Shown: one piece after another, positions 1 through 10,000 of the stretch
Position numbering within the stretch: position 1 is the first letter of the stretch
Layout of the letters: each line of letters opens with the position of its first letter
IMG/VR virus record: IMGVR_UViG_3300009104_000002
Location: 126,480 to 190,479 of that record
Length of the DNA: 64,000 nucleotides
Strand: one strand, 5' to 3'
Source: a virus
The notes under the pieces: model-generated
Seen by the model: only the letters and a program-made list of their open reading frames with translations
Database searches by the model: none
What the model was told of the DNA's origin: nothing
Program-made: the position numbers and the translations under genes

Positions 1-118
1 GCGTCATTATCGTGCGCTTTTTATGATCATCTTTATCAATAACTGACTTTGTCAATTCTCTTATTAGCGCCTCAAAAATAAAGGCTGTATTACGCTTTTT
101 GTTGTGTTTCATCTTCAT
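1..118 (-). CDS. Hypothetical protein, 5' part only (runs off window start)
   Basis: Manual translation from ATG at 118 gives MKMKHNKKRNTAFIFEALIRELTKSVIDKDDHKKRTIMT, open to position 1 and overlapping the portal 3' end. Not in the ORF track. Confidence 0.7.
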   Translation of the reverse strand, partial: MKMKHNKKRNTAFIFEALIRELTKSVIDKDDHKKRTIMT

Positions 119-2066
119 TTATCTGAATCTCCGAATTTTCTAATTCTACAATTAAATCACGAATTTCTGATTTAGCCTCGAATAGCAATGTTTCCTCGCT
201 ATTATAAGTAGGCTCTCCAACTTCGTAAATACCCCTAGAAAGACCCATTAAATCGGACATTCCTGGGGTAATATCTTTTTGTTTTGGTATGGCCATGGCT
301 GAATAATTGTGTTGACGGCCGGTGCGGCTGTCTCCGCCTCTAAATTTTTTAGAAACGTATTTCTTTCCCTTAGCTTTCTTGGAGAGAGATCTTTTTGTGT
401 GTTTTCTTGAGCGATCATCTCTTTTTGCCGGAGCTGCCAAGAGGGCACCTTCGTCATCGTCGCCGGGACCCTCTCCTCCGAGATCCTCTCCACCGAGATC
501 CTCTCCACCGAGATCAAAATCATCTCCACCCATATCATCACCCAAATCTCCCATTTCATCAGAACCGAGTCCGAGGTCCCCACCCAAACTGGCGGCGGCC
601 TGTTCGCCGGCGGATTCGGCGGCTGCATTCAATTCTGCCTCATACGTTCTGTCGTGAAACATTTCTCTTTGATTTCTGACAAATTCCTCTTCCGATAAAT
701 TAAAAATATTTTGAGCAATCCAGCGACGGCTAAAGAAATTCTCCGTTGCACCCCCCGCAATATCAAATTTAATTTTCCAGTGCTCTAATTCCTGCATTTC
801 TGCTATCTTGGAGGGATTATTTAGCTTCAACCTGAAACCAACAAGATCGTCACCCCTGAAACCAAGCGTATAGAGGTGGACAATTCCTATTTTTTCAAGT
901 TCTGCGATAACGGCGCGCTGCAACCTCTGGATTGTCCGTGCAAATCTTACGTCTTTTTGTGCTAAAGTTGTTTTATCCTCGTTAGCTCCCCCCTCCGAAT
1001 CACTTGAGAGGTATGCGGACGGAATTTTCAGTGCAGCAAAGAGTTTATCTCTAAGATATTTAACATCATCAATGTCTCCAGTGAACTGTCCACCCTGCAA
1101 TGTTTCGATTTTTGATGATTCACCGCCGCGAACTGGAATGAAATAGTCCTCTTCTACCGAAAGCGGATTATAACGTAAGTCGACGCGGCCCGTATTGGCA
1201 TCAACTACTTGATTTCTCTTCATGGAAGTAATTGTTTTCTGGACAAAGGTTTCGACATCTTGCGGAGCGATGTTACCCACATCAATATAAAAAACGCGGC
1301 GCTCAGCAGAGCGAACGATGCGATAAGCCATCATTGCGTCTTCCATTAGTGTCAATTGTCTCCAAATTCTCCTTCCAGACTCAAGAACCGAAGTACCATA
1401 CGGGGAGTATTTGTCATTTCCCAACACTCTAAAGTGAGCAATTTGCCAATTTTCAAAAGTCATACCGGCAGAATTCCACTGGTACTGGACATAATTGGGA
1501 TTTGTTGGATCTTCTCCCTCCATTCTCTCCACCTCTTTAAGCGGGATGGGGATTACGGATTTAATTCCAATTCTCTCGTCAATATCGAGATAAAGAATAA
1601 AATCTCCGAATTTGCACATAGATCGGCACCAGCCATAGAGATTGTGATTAATATTTAAAATATTTTCGTATAATGACCTCAAAATAGATTTAATTTCTTC
1701 GTTTGAACACTCAACGTGCAACATGGGAGACAATGCTGAATGAGTCGTCATCTCATCTGCATAAATATCCATAGCAGATGCAATTTCGGGCATATATTCC
1801 ATCTGCTCATAGTCAATATATCTTTCTGCCCTGTTTTGTTGTGCCATTATTTTTGAATGCATGACATCAAACGGGCTGTATTCTGATCTTCTGAATTGTT
1901 GACCCGACGCTGACCTGAATTGCGTGGAATATTTGTCCAGGGCGCTTCTTCGAATCTTCCGGTTCATTTGTGTACGCCAGTTTACAATTGGTCCGGAAAA
2001 TAGTCTTGTTAGTCTTCTAAATAATTCAGATTGTGGATTATTTGGATTCTTTTTTTGATCAGCCAT
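90..2066 (-). CDS. Portal protein, T4 gp20-like, with long low-complexity C-terminal extension
   Basis: gp20-type motifs YRIVRSAERRVFYIDVGN, EEDYFIPVRGG, IETLQGG and DDVKYLRDKLFAALKIP; directly downstream of the terminase. Confidence 0.93.
   Translation of the reverse strand: MADQKKNPNNPQSELFRRLTRLFSGPIVNWRTQMNRKIRRSALDKYSTQFRSASGQQFRRSEYSPFDVMHSKIMAQQNRAERYIDYEQMEYMPEIASAMDIYADEMTTHSALSPMLHVECSNEEIKSILRSLYENILNINHNLYGWCRSMCKFGDFILYLDIDERIGIKSVIPIPLKEVERMEGEDPTNPNYVQYQWNSAGMTFENWQIAHFRVLGNDKYSPYGTSVLESGRRIWRQLTLMEDAMMAYRIVRSAERRVFYIDVGNIAPQDVETFVQKTITSMKRNQVVDANTGRVDLRYNPLSVEEDYFIPVRGGESSKIETLQGGQFTGDIDDVKYLRDKLFAALKIPSAYLSSDSEGGANEDKTTLAQKDVRFARTIQRLQRAVIAELEKIGIVHLYTLGFRGDDLVGFRLKLNNPSKIAEMQELEHWKIKFDIAGGATENFFSRRWIAQNIFNLSEEEFVRNQREMFHDRTYEAELNAAAESAGEQAAASLGGDLGLGSDEMGDLGDDMGGDDFDLGGEDLGGEDLGGEGPGDDDEGALLAAPAKRDDRSRKHTKRSLSKKAKGKKYVSKKFRGGDSRTGRQHNYSAMAIPKQKDITPGMSDLMGLSRGIYEVGEPTYNSEETLLFEAKSEIRDLIVELENSEIQINEDETQQKA
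471..515. repeat. 3 x 15-bp coding tandem repeat (CTCTCC(A/T)CCGAGATC) encoding DLGGE units in the portal tail
   Basis: Units read directly at 471-485, 486-500 and 501-515. Confidence 0.9.
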
Positions 2067-2069
2067 TTC

Positions 2070-3659
2070 TTATCCTTTTATTAGCCATGAATATTGCTTA
2101 TAGTCTTCTTTTGCCTTAAACATTTTTTCATCCAAGGCCTCTTTCTTATTATAACCTTCCATTCCTGGAATTGTTGTATTTATTTTTGTATTGACAGCAA
2201 CCATTGAGTTTAAACAAGCTTTTTTAAATTCTATATCTCTTTTATTTACTGTTAGCGCCGTGTCTCTTACCCAGCATGCTATTGCTAATGACATTATTAA
2301 GTCATCATTATATCCCCTCATTGCTTGAGGTTTGCCATTATGCCAGATAAAAGTGCGCAATTCGTTGGAAAAGCGAACAGAATATACTTTAATTAGTTTG
2401 TTTCTCACAAATTCTTCCAATTTTGCCACAATAAGGGGCCGTGTTTTTAAAGAAGTAGTAAATCCCGCCACTGCGTTGGCCATTCTTTCGCCCTGGTGAC
2501 TCTCTACAAACTCATGAGTGCTTTTTACGGAGTAATATAAGTTTGAATATTCTAAATCAATGAGCTTTTCAAGCACAGATATTCCAATTCCAACATTTTC
2601 CACCACCAATAAGCAGTTTCCATATTCTTTTCCCGCTTGCATGAGGACGTTGGAGTACATATCCAAACTTGGTTTTCCTTGATATTCCGCAACAACCTCC
2701 ATTGTTTCTAGTTTTATAATATGAAACACAGAATAATCTGCGCCGTCGCCTCTGGCAACGTCTGCCACCAGCAAATAAGAACATTGAGGATCATATTCTT
2801 CCCAAATCCACATATTTCTGTCGAATCCTGCCCTATATTTAGGATCACATACCATTCCCTCTATCCAGTTAATGTCGTCTGGGTGGATCACGCTCTCACC
2901 TGATGTATTGAAGTTGCATTCTAGCTCTTGGGCTATCTCTCGGCGAGACATATTCCTTGTTTCTTTGTCGAACCAAGCCTGATCTCTGTCAGGATGGACG
3001 TCCCAGTTCAACATAATGGGATGAAAATCGTTTGATCCCTCCGATGCCTCGCTATATGTCTTGTGAAACCAATTTCCCACACCATTTGGAGTTGATAATG
3101 CGATCACTCGACCACCAGTTGAGATTGTGGGATATAAGCCGGCCCATAATTCATCCAAATTCTCAACGTGTGCGGCCTCGTCGATCACCAGAAGAGAGAG
3201 GGCTTCAGAACGACCAGCATCGCCGGAAGTAGATGCGGCTTGGATCTGAGAGCCGTTAGAAAGTTCGAAAGATGCCCTATTGTCGATAGATATTTCCGCG
3301 ATGAGAAGGAAATTCGGAATATTTTTCATAATTGCCTTGACTTTCTTAACAAGGTTGGCCGCTGTTTTGAACTTTGTGGCCATAACGAGGATGTTTTTGT
3401 CTCTATGAAACAACATCATCCAAACAATATAGCCGGCAGCGATGGTTGAGATACCCAACTGTCGTGCTTTGAGGATTACATTAAAGCGATAATCATTAAA
3501 ATCAACTAACAAATCCGCCTGATAATCATATGTCTTGAATGGAATAAGTCCCTTGATCGGATGTGAGATTCTTGCGTAATTATTTACGAAATAGACCGGA
3601 TCTTTTCCACACTTTAATATTTCAGCTACTATTTCCTTTTTGGATAGTGTGTATGACAT
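2070..3659 (-). CDS. Terminase large subunit, T4 gp17-like
   Basis: Walker A-like ILKARQLGIST, Walker B LLVIDEAAH, coupling motif STPNG, nuclease acidic motifs VADVARG and NDDLIMS; adjacent to the portal. Confidence 0.95.
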   Translation of the reverse strand: MSYTLSKKEIVAEILKCGKDPVYFVNNYARISHPIKGLIPFKTYDYQADLLVDFNDYRFNVILKARQLGISTIAAGYIVWMMLFHRDKNILVMATKFKTAANLVKKVKAIMKNIPNFLLIAEISIDNRASFELSNGSQIQAASTSGDAGRSEALSLLVIDEAAHVENLDELWAGLYPTISTGGRVIALSTPNGVGNWFHKTYSEASEGSNDFHPIMLNWDVHPDRDQAWFDKETRNMSRREIAQELECNFNTSGESVIHPDDINWIEGMVCDPKYRAGFDRNMWIWEEYDPQCSYLLVADVARGDGADYSVFHIIKLETMEVVAEYQGKPSLDMYSNVLMQAGKEYGNCLLVVENVGIGISVLEKLIDLEYSNLYYSVKSTHEFVESHQGERMANAVAGFTTSLKTRPLIVAKLEEFVRNKLIKVYSVRFSNELRTFIWHNGKPQAMRGYNDDLIMSLAIACWVRDTALTVNKRDIEFKKACLNSMVAVNTKINTTIPGMEGYNKKEALDEKMFKAKEDYKQYSWLIKG

Positions 3660-3670
3660 TTGTTATTCTT

Positions 3671-4378
3671 TTAAGATTTAACGTGCTTCTTTAAAATATG
3701 GTCCCCGATGGGAACGCTCGAAGTTTCATTGTGGTTACCTGTGAGCCACACAAATTTGCCGTCGCGGGGCTCCAGGTGCGTTTTCAAAATATCACCCTCT
3801 GCGCGTCCGTCGTATGTATTCTCGATTCCTCCGTTTATATCAGAAGTTAATGTAAGGGTCCAATAATGGTTTGAAAATCTGCCTTCTTTCAAAAACTTTT
3901 GGTATTTTACATCCACAGAATTTGAAATTCCCTCACCAAGAGTCTCAACGTTCTTCATTCCACCAATTTTAAAAAGTTTATGACACATAACAAACGTCCT
4001 AATTCGACTCGTATTTTGCACAATACATTTTATTTCCTCTTTTGGAGAGAGTGAAAGAGATTTCCCTGTGATTATTTTATATTCTTTTTTAAGAAAGTCC
4101 GCAATTGCATGAATTCTGCGATCACACTCCTCTTCGAATCCAGATGCATAAACATCGGACAATTTTATATTTGCCTCATAATTAATTTGAAGCATATCTC
4201 CGATAATTTTCACCCCGAAGCCGTCTAGGACGCGAGAATCGATAATTGGACAGCCCTCCTCTCGACTTAGTCCGATTTTCTTGGCATCTCCACTTACGAA
4301 GCGTTCGTCGTGGGCGCCATCATAGGCATTTGCGGCTGCCTGATTAATACCTTGTATAATTTCTAATGTTGTTGCCAT
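3671..4378 (-). CDS. Hypothetical protein
   Basis: 235-aa ORF tightly packed in the operon; no motif recognised. Confidence 0.75.
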   Translation of the reverse strand: MATTLEIIQGINQAAANAYDGAHDERFVSGDAKKIGLSREEGCPIIDSRVLDGFGVKIIGDMLQINYEANIKLSDVYASGFEEECDRRIHAIADFLKKEYKIITGKSLSLSPKEEIKCIVQNTSRIRTFVMCHKLFKIGGMKNVETLGEGISNSVDVKYQKFLKEGRFSNHYWTLTLTSDINGGIENTYDGRAEGDILKTHLEPRDGKFVWLTGNHNETSSVPIGDHILKKHVKS

Positions 4379-4719
4379 TATTCTTCCCTCGTGTCGGCCA
4401 TTAATTGCCGGATCTTGTCTGCGAGCCTCTCGCGTTGGCCCACTGGCGTTTCTTTTCCGGAATAACGCGACACTCGCACATCGCCACTTGACAGGGCGTT
4501 GACGGCCGCGATTAAATTAATCCAATGCTGCTCTTCTGATGTTTGTGGAGACTCTGTACTCTGGCGACCGTCGAAAGAGTCGCTAAACGGAGTTCCGCCC
4601 AGGTCAACGTCGCCACCCTCCTCCTCGCTCCAGTCCCATTTCCCACCTTTAAAACCTTCAGAAATAGATTCAAGCTCTTCTTTAATGATTTTTCTCAATT
4701 GTGATTTCGTAAGTTTCAT
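4378..4719 (-). CDS. Hypothetical protein with MKLTKSQLRKIIKEE leader (candidate head-packaged protein)
   Basis: Leader shared with ORFs at 5941-6780 and 11149-11445; TAATG stop/start overlap with the next gene. Confidence 0.7.
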   Translation of the reverse strand: MKLTKSQLRKIIKEELESISEGFKGGKWDWSEEEGGDVDLGGTPFSDSFDGRQSTESPQTSEEQHWINLIAAVNALSSGDVRVSRYSGKETPVGQRERLADKIRQLMADTREE

Positions 4720-4722
4720 AAT

Positions 4723-5106
4723 TTATTCCTCTTGTTGTGGGCGCCAGCCTGCTTTCCAGCGATTTTCTCTGCCTTCGACCCATTGTATATAACATTTAAA
4801 GCAACAATCAAACTTTGTCATGTAAACATTGTCTCGCAAATCAAAAGAAAATGAAGAACAAACCGGACAAACTCGATCCTCGTCTTTACTAAATAGTTTT
4901 TTACTTATTAAAATGCCATCAACTTCTACTTTTTCGTTCTTTTCTCGGTATTTTACCTCTTTTTGATACAATTCGCGAAGTTGTTGCTGGTATTCTTTTT
5001 CTTTCTCGTCAGTCCAATCAGATTTGGGGTGTTTTATAGCCTCTTTTCCATACTTCTTAGAAATGGCGATTTCATACTTGGCGATTTCGTTTAAATCTTT
5101 CTTCAT
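4723..5106 (-). CDS. Hypothetical protein with C-terminal Cys cluster (CPVC...CCFKC), probable Zn finger
   Basis: Start moved to MKKDLNE at 5106, which gives an ATGA overlap with the upstream stop at 5103. Confidence 0.7.
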   Translation of the reverse strand: MKKDLNEIAKYEIAISKKYGKEAIKHPKSDWTDEKEKEYQQQLRELYQKEVKYREKNEKVEVDGILISKKLFSKDEDRVCPVCSSFSFDLRDNVYMTKFDCCFKCYIQWVEGRENRWKAGWRPQQEE

Positions 5107-5534
5107 TTGTTTACCGCGTAAGATAATCCAACTGTTGCTCCGACTCCGACAACAAATCCTCCGATAATTCCCCACATAAGGGCGTTCTTACCGGGCTTTT
5201 TGGCGATGATTTTGTTTAATTGCTCAATCTCTGTATTTTTTATATTTAGGGTTGTCTCAAATCTTTCCCTTTCTGTGTCAATTGTAATATTTAGCTGATC
5301 TATTTTTAACTCATACTGAGCTTTTTGTTTTTCGAGTTCGAATCCCAGCTTTAGGTCGTACTCTTCTTTCAAAAACTTATTATTCGCCAATAATCTTGCC
5401 GTTGCCTCTGGATCAAAGAGAGTTCCGGTAAACGGGGCCGGCTCCCCCGCTTGAATAAAGGTAAATTTACCATCAGACGCCTGGGCTGTGTTTAAGAATC
5501 CCAAAAAGAATAACAGCAGTGCCTTATTCCACAT
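5103..5534 (-). CDS. Signal peptide + coiled coil + C-terminal TM protein; spanin-like lysis candidate
   Basis: MWNKALLLFFLGFLNTAQA signal peptide, heptad-rich middle, C-terminal ALMWGIIGGFVVGVGATVGLSYAV; no cysteine anywhere. Confidence 0.5.
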   Translation of the reverse strand: MWNKALLLFFLGFLNTAQASDGKFTFIQAGEPAPFTGTLFDPEATARLLANNKFLKEEYDLKLGFELEKQKAQYELKIDQLNITIDTERERFETTLNIKNTEIEQLNKIIAKKPGKNALMWGIIGGFVVGVGATVGLSYAVNK

Positions 5535-5925
5535 ATTCAAACCCAAAAGCCTCCTCAATTTCTCTTGCCAATTCTTCTGGCTGTTCCTCGAAGTCTCGGA
5601 TGAACTCTTTTATGTCCTCTTCTTTAGCCTTCTTTAAATCTTCTACCGCCTCTTCGTATTTGTCGGTTATTTCTTTTAGCTCTCTTTCATATTCTATGAT
5701 TGCGGCTTCTCTTGCTGCCAACTCTTTCTTGTGAAGTTCCTCAAGTGCGGCAATTTGCTCTTCATAGCTCGTGCTCATGACCTCCATAGACTTTCTCAAG
5801 GAGGCATAATCATTTTTTGTAACAAAAAATAAGACAAGCATAACAACTAAGCCAACACCTTGCCAGTTTTTAATCAGAAATGAACCTGCTGACTTAAAAA
5901 TGTCGCCAATGTTGATGTTAATCAA
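5524..5925 (-). CDS. N-terminal TM + coiled-coil protein; i-spanin (Rz)-like
   Basis: TM WQGVGLVVMLVLFFVT followed by a long charged coiled coil; overlaps the next gene. Confidence 0.55.
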   Translation of the reverse strand: MININIGDIFKSAGSFLIKNWQGVGLVVMLVLFFVTKNDYASLRKSMEVMSTSYEEQIAALEELHKKELAAREAAIIEYERELKEITDKYEEAVEDLKKAKEEDIKEFIRDFEEQPEELAREIEEAFGFEYVE

Positions 5926-5940
5926 TTTTAATTCCTTTTA

Positions 5941-6780
5941 TTACCCAAAGTCCACCACTTCATCGATAGCTTCCAAGAAAGCTGCGTATGAAAGTTCGTC
6001 GTTGTATCCCATTTCGGACAGCTTCTTTTTTCGACTCTGAAAGCTTTCAATTGTGCCCTTAGGGGGAATAGTTCTTATGATTTCACCCCTGGTTTTACCG
6101 AGTTGATGGCCGTATTTGGCGACAATGGACCTGATGTCTCGCCATGGCTTCATAGAAAGGCTCGCATAATGATTTGTGATTTCGTTTTCGAAGCCGCCAG
6201 TGAGCATCTCCAGAAATGGCATCAGCTTATCATATCCCCCAAGATCAATGGCAGAACCAATAGTGGCAGCCCACATGTCCACAACATCGGGGTAGGTGTC
6301 CCACATATCGAGTTCGTCCTCTTTTCGGGCGCGCTTTTCTTCTTCGGTATCTTGACTGCCCTGACTTTGTGGTCGTGGGTATCCACCTTGACCTCCTTGT
6401 CCTTGCGACTCATCTTCTTCTTTGAAAAGTCTGGACAATTCCTCTTTGATGATCTTTTTGAGGTATTTTTTAGAGATATCTACTTCAATTCTAGCTGATT
6501 TCTTTTTTTCATAAAGGTGGCTATTATCGTCCGGATCCAGTATGCGCCGGAGCTTATCATATGCCCCTCTCAATGCCTCGAATTCCATCGGCACCAACCC
6601 AAAAACTCCGGCTTCGAGCTGGTGTACAAAGGTCGGTAGTGACATTCCCTCGGGCGTGCGGGGGATTGGATTGTCCGCAATATATTGTTGGATTTGTGCG
6701 ATGACATCTTCATCTTCCGCCAGAATTGTTGACTTCTCCTCTTTAATAATTTCCCTAAGTTGCTTTTTTGTAATTTTCAT
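5941..6780 (-). CDS. Hypothetical protein with two copies of the KITKxxLxxIIKEE motif
   Basis: N-terminal MKITKKQLREIIKEE and internal ISKKYLKKIIKEEL. Confidence 0.7.
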   Translation of the reverse strand: MKITKKQLREIIKEEKSTILAEDEDVIAQIQQYIADNPIPRTPEGMSLPTFVHQLEAGVFGLVPMEFEALRGAYDKLRRILDPDDNSHLYEKKKSARIEVDISKKYLKKIIKEELSRLFKEEDESQGQGGQGGYPRPQSQGSQDTEEEKRARKEDELDMWDTYPDVVDMWAATIGSAIDLGGYDKLMPFLEMLTGGFENEITNHYASLSMKPWRDIRSIVAKYGHQLGKTRGEIIRTIPPKGTIESFQSRKKKLSEMGYNDELSYAAFLEAIDEVVDFG

Positions 6781-6783
6781 TTC

Positions 6784-6984
6784 TCATGCTCCCTTCAATT
6801 TAACGATTGCGTCAATTACGGATTGACCCCCGATATATAGCGCGCTCAGAATAAGCCAATCTCCACTTTCGATATTGGAGGTAAACATCAGCGCGGTGGC
6901 CGTGACCCAAACGAGTAGTTTTCTTGAAACCACTTTTTCTAAAACTTTATCTACTGCACCTTTTGCCATTTCAGTCATTGTCAT
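6784..6984 (-). CDS. Small two-TM membrane protein, holin-like
   Basis: 66 aa; hydrophobic segments LLVWVTATALMF and WLILSALYIGGQSVI; AAGGA SD; upstream of the spanin-like pair. Confidence 0.55.
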   Translation of the reverse strand: MTMTEMAKGAVDKVLEKVVSRKLLVWVTATALMFTSNIESGDWLILSALYIGGQSVIDAIVKLKGA

Positions 6985-7004
6985 AAATTCCTTCTCAATA
7001 ACTA

Positions 7005-7012
7005 TAAATAGT
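7005..7012 (-). promoter_or_regulatory. ACTATTTA motif, candidate late promoter, inside AACTAT-TT-ATAGTT inverted repeat
   Basis: Same octamer in the intergenic gaps at 13144-13151 and 15164-15171. Confidence 0.5.
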
Positions 7013-7013
7013 T

Positions 7014-10000
7014 CTATTGTTGAATAAAGGCATATCCATTTTTCTTGTCAATCGTGATTTGTACATCAACACAATCTTTTAGGCTATCAAGGTGGGAAAT
7101 AAGCAGGACGGTCTTAAAATAGGATCTTATCAAATCAAGAATATCAATGAATCCCTGCATATTTTCCTCATCCAATGCTGTTCCTGGCTCATCAAGAATA
7201 AAAATATCTGACTTTGGAAGAGAAGATACACTCAAAAGGGCAAGACGAATGGCCATTGCTGCAATTGTCTTCTCTGCTCCAGAACCCATCTCAAGCGGGC
7301 GCGGCTCATGGCGAGGATGTTTGATGAAGATGTCCAATCTTTTGCCATCATCTTCAAAAAAGACCTCAAAATCGACAATATTTGCTAGAATTTTTGCAAT
7401 CTCTTCGTTAATAACGGGAAGCTTTCTCTTAATTACGTCATACGCGATGCCGTTCGGGTGCATAGCTCGCATATAGAGATCATATGCAGAAAATTCTTCC
7501 TGTAAATCTAAAAATTCCTCTTTTTTGGCGACAAGATTGTTTACTTTCTCCTCCAGAGACCCAACCGTTTTGTACAAAGCAAGAATTGAGGCATTACAAC
7601 TCTCCATACTATTCTGAAAGTTTTGAGATTTTATTTTCAGTGTTTTCAAACTCTTTGCAAGGTTCTCAAGGTTCTCGATTACATCTTTATTCAATTCATA
7701 TTCTGATACTTTTTCCTCAAGGCCTTCGATATCTTTCATCAAAGACTTCATCAAGGTTGAATTTTTCTCTATTTTCAAATCATAGTTTGTTATTTTATTA
7801 GATAGCTCGTTTCTCCTATCAAGAAGGCCATTGTATGCCTTAATCTCTTCTTCGACGCCGTCTGGATTAATTTCTTGAATATCGTCACTCAAATCATCGA
7901 TTTGGTCTGTTAGGTTTTCCACCTCTTTCTCGTTGAGTGGAATTGTTGCCTTTGCAACATAGGCGTCCTTAATAAACTTACATTTTGGAAAAGAAGTTCC
8001 ACAAGGAATACCACTTAGAAGTGTTTCTTTGTTTTTATTCCTCTTTAGTTCCTCTTCCTCGGTCGATAATGAGTTCTCTAATGAAGCAATTTGATCTAAA
8101 AGGTCATTTGCTCGATCTTGCTTATCAAATAAGGATTTTACATCAAATTCCTCCAAAAATTCAATTACCCTGCGATATGTATCCCTGTCTTGATCTCTAC
8201 TAAGATAAAATTCTTCATTTTGATCTGAAACAGAGATCAATTGATTCTTTTTATCGGACAAATCTTGTTGAACCTTCATAACATCAATGATTTCGGCCGG
8301 GATTGACTTGATTTTCTCGTTGATTTCTCCAATTTGACCACTACAATCTTCTAGGCCGATCTTAAAGTTCTCGCATGCTGACTTTTTCTTTTCTAACTTA
8401 TTGTTTGCTTCCTCAAGATCGTCTTCGGCTGCTAAAATCTCACTGTTAAAATCTCTTCCTTCGGATTTTTTCAGTGCTCCTCTCGTATCCGAGGCATCTT
8501 CCTTTGCCAAGCGAAACTTATGTTCAAAAAATTCAAGATCAAGGAACTTTGCAAGAATTTCTTTCCTCTTTGTTGACCCTTCCTTTATAAAAGTCAGAGA
8601 ATCAAGCTGTGAGGCCATCGACGAATATAGAAAGTCATCTAGAGTTCCAAAAACCTTGCGAATATTCTTATCTGTCTGGTTTCTTGTAAGGCCATTTAGA
8701 CTCTCTGTATCTCCAAAGTTCGGGTCATACATGGTGAAATCAACATTTGTTTTCGCTTCTTGTGTTGTCTGCCCCTTGAGTTTCCTGGTATATTTTTCTG
8801 AATTTCTATCAATGTAATAATCTGTATCACCAATGGAAATTTTAATTTTTCCACTACCATATTCCCTATTCTGGTTAATAATATTTAGGTTTTTTCGATC
8901 ATTTTTGGATGTCGAATTAAAAATGGTGTACAAAATTGAATCAATGATACTAGATTTGCCGGAAAAATTCTTTCCGAAAATACCAACGATCCCCTCAATA
9001 TTATCAAAATTTATACTGTTTCCCTCTCCGTAGTTAAAGAGATTATTCCATTCAACTGATCGCAACCTCCAATTAATATTTCTGGAAACCTCCTCCTTCT
9101 CTTCTGCAATTTTATTATATTTCAGATTTAAATCCAAAACTCTTTTCATTAATTCTTCATCAACTTCAAAATCCTTTAAATATTCTTTGATTAATTCCTC
9201 CTGAATTTGGATATTTCGAAGATCCTCTGTTTCGAGACCATCCGTAATATTCTGAACATCTCCCCGCTGACCAGTTGCACGATTTAAGAATGTAATACTC
9301 TCTGGCTTAAATCTTCGCTTTGCCACCTCGACTGCTTTTCTCATAACATCTAGCGGCAAATTATTGTTTGAAACAAGTCGTAGGCGAGCGGTGGAGGGAA
9401 TTTTTTTGGATGCATTTCGGGGCATCTTCCCCTTCGGGGTCAATTCAATTGTTACAAAAGGCCTCGGATTTTTAAGCTCAATATGGCGACAAATAAAGTC
9501 TTCTTTATCTTGAATGTCCCATAGTAAGATTCCCTTATCGTTTGTTTCTCCATGATTCTGTTGAATTGTTGACCCACAGTACCTAATCCTCCCCTCTTTG
9601 TCCAATGATTGATTTGTTTTATGAATATCTCCCAAAAAGCCATAATCATGACCTTCGAAAATCTCAATTGGATGCTCGCCGTGAGTCATTACCCACCCAG
9701 TATCCGTGACGACGCCCGAGACAGATCCGTGATAAAGTGCAATATTAATTCTGTTCGGATTTGATGGCTCAGCCCACCCACCTTCGTCGAAAACAGACAA
9801 AACATTTAGCGTTACATTTCCCCGTAGGGGGATTTCGCCGGATTTCTTAAGTAAGTGTAGGTTTTTGTGTGCCAAAGCCTCCACGATGGGTGTCAGGGCG
9901 TCCTGACGGCTGCTATTGCGCAGGTTTCCGTCGTGATTTCCCAAAATAACGTAAGTTGGCGCAATATCAGCAAGTGAGCTTAAAAATTCAGAGCACATTT

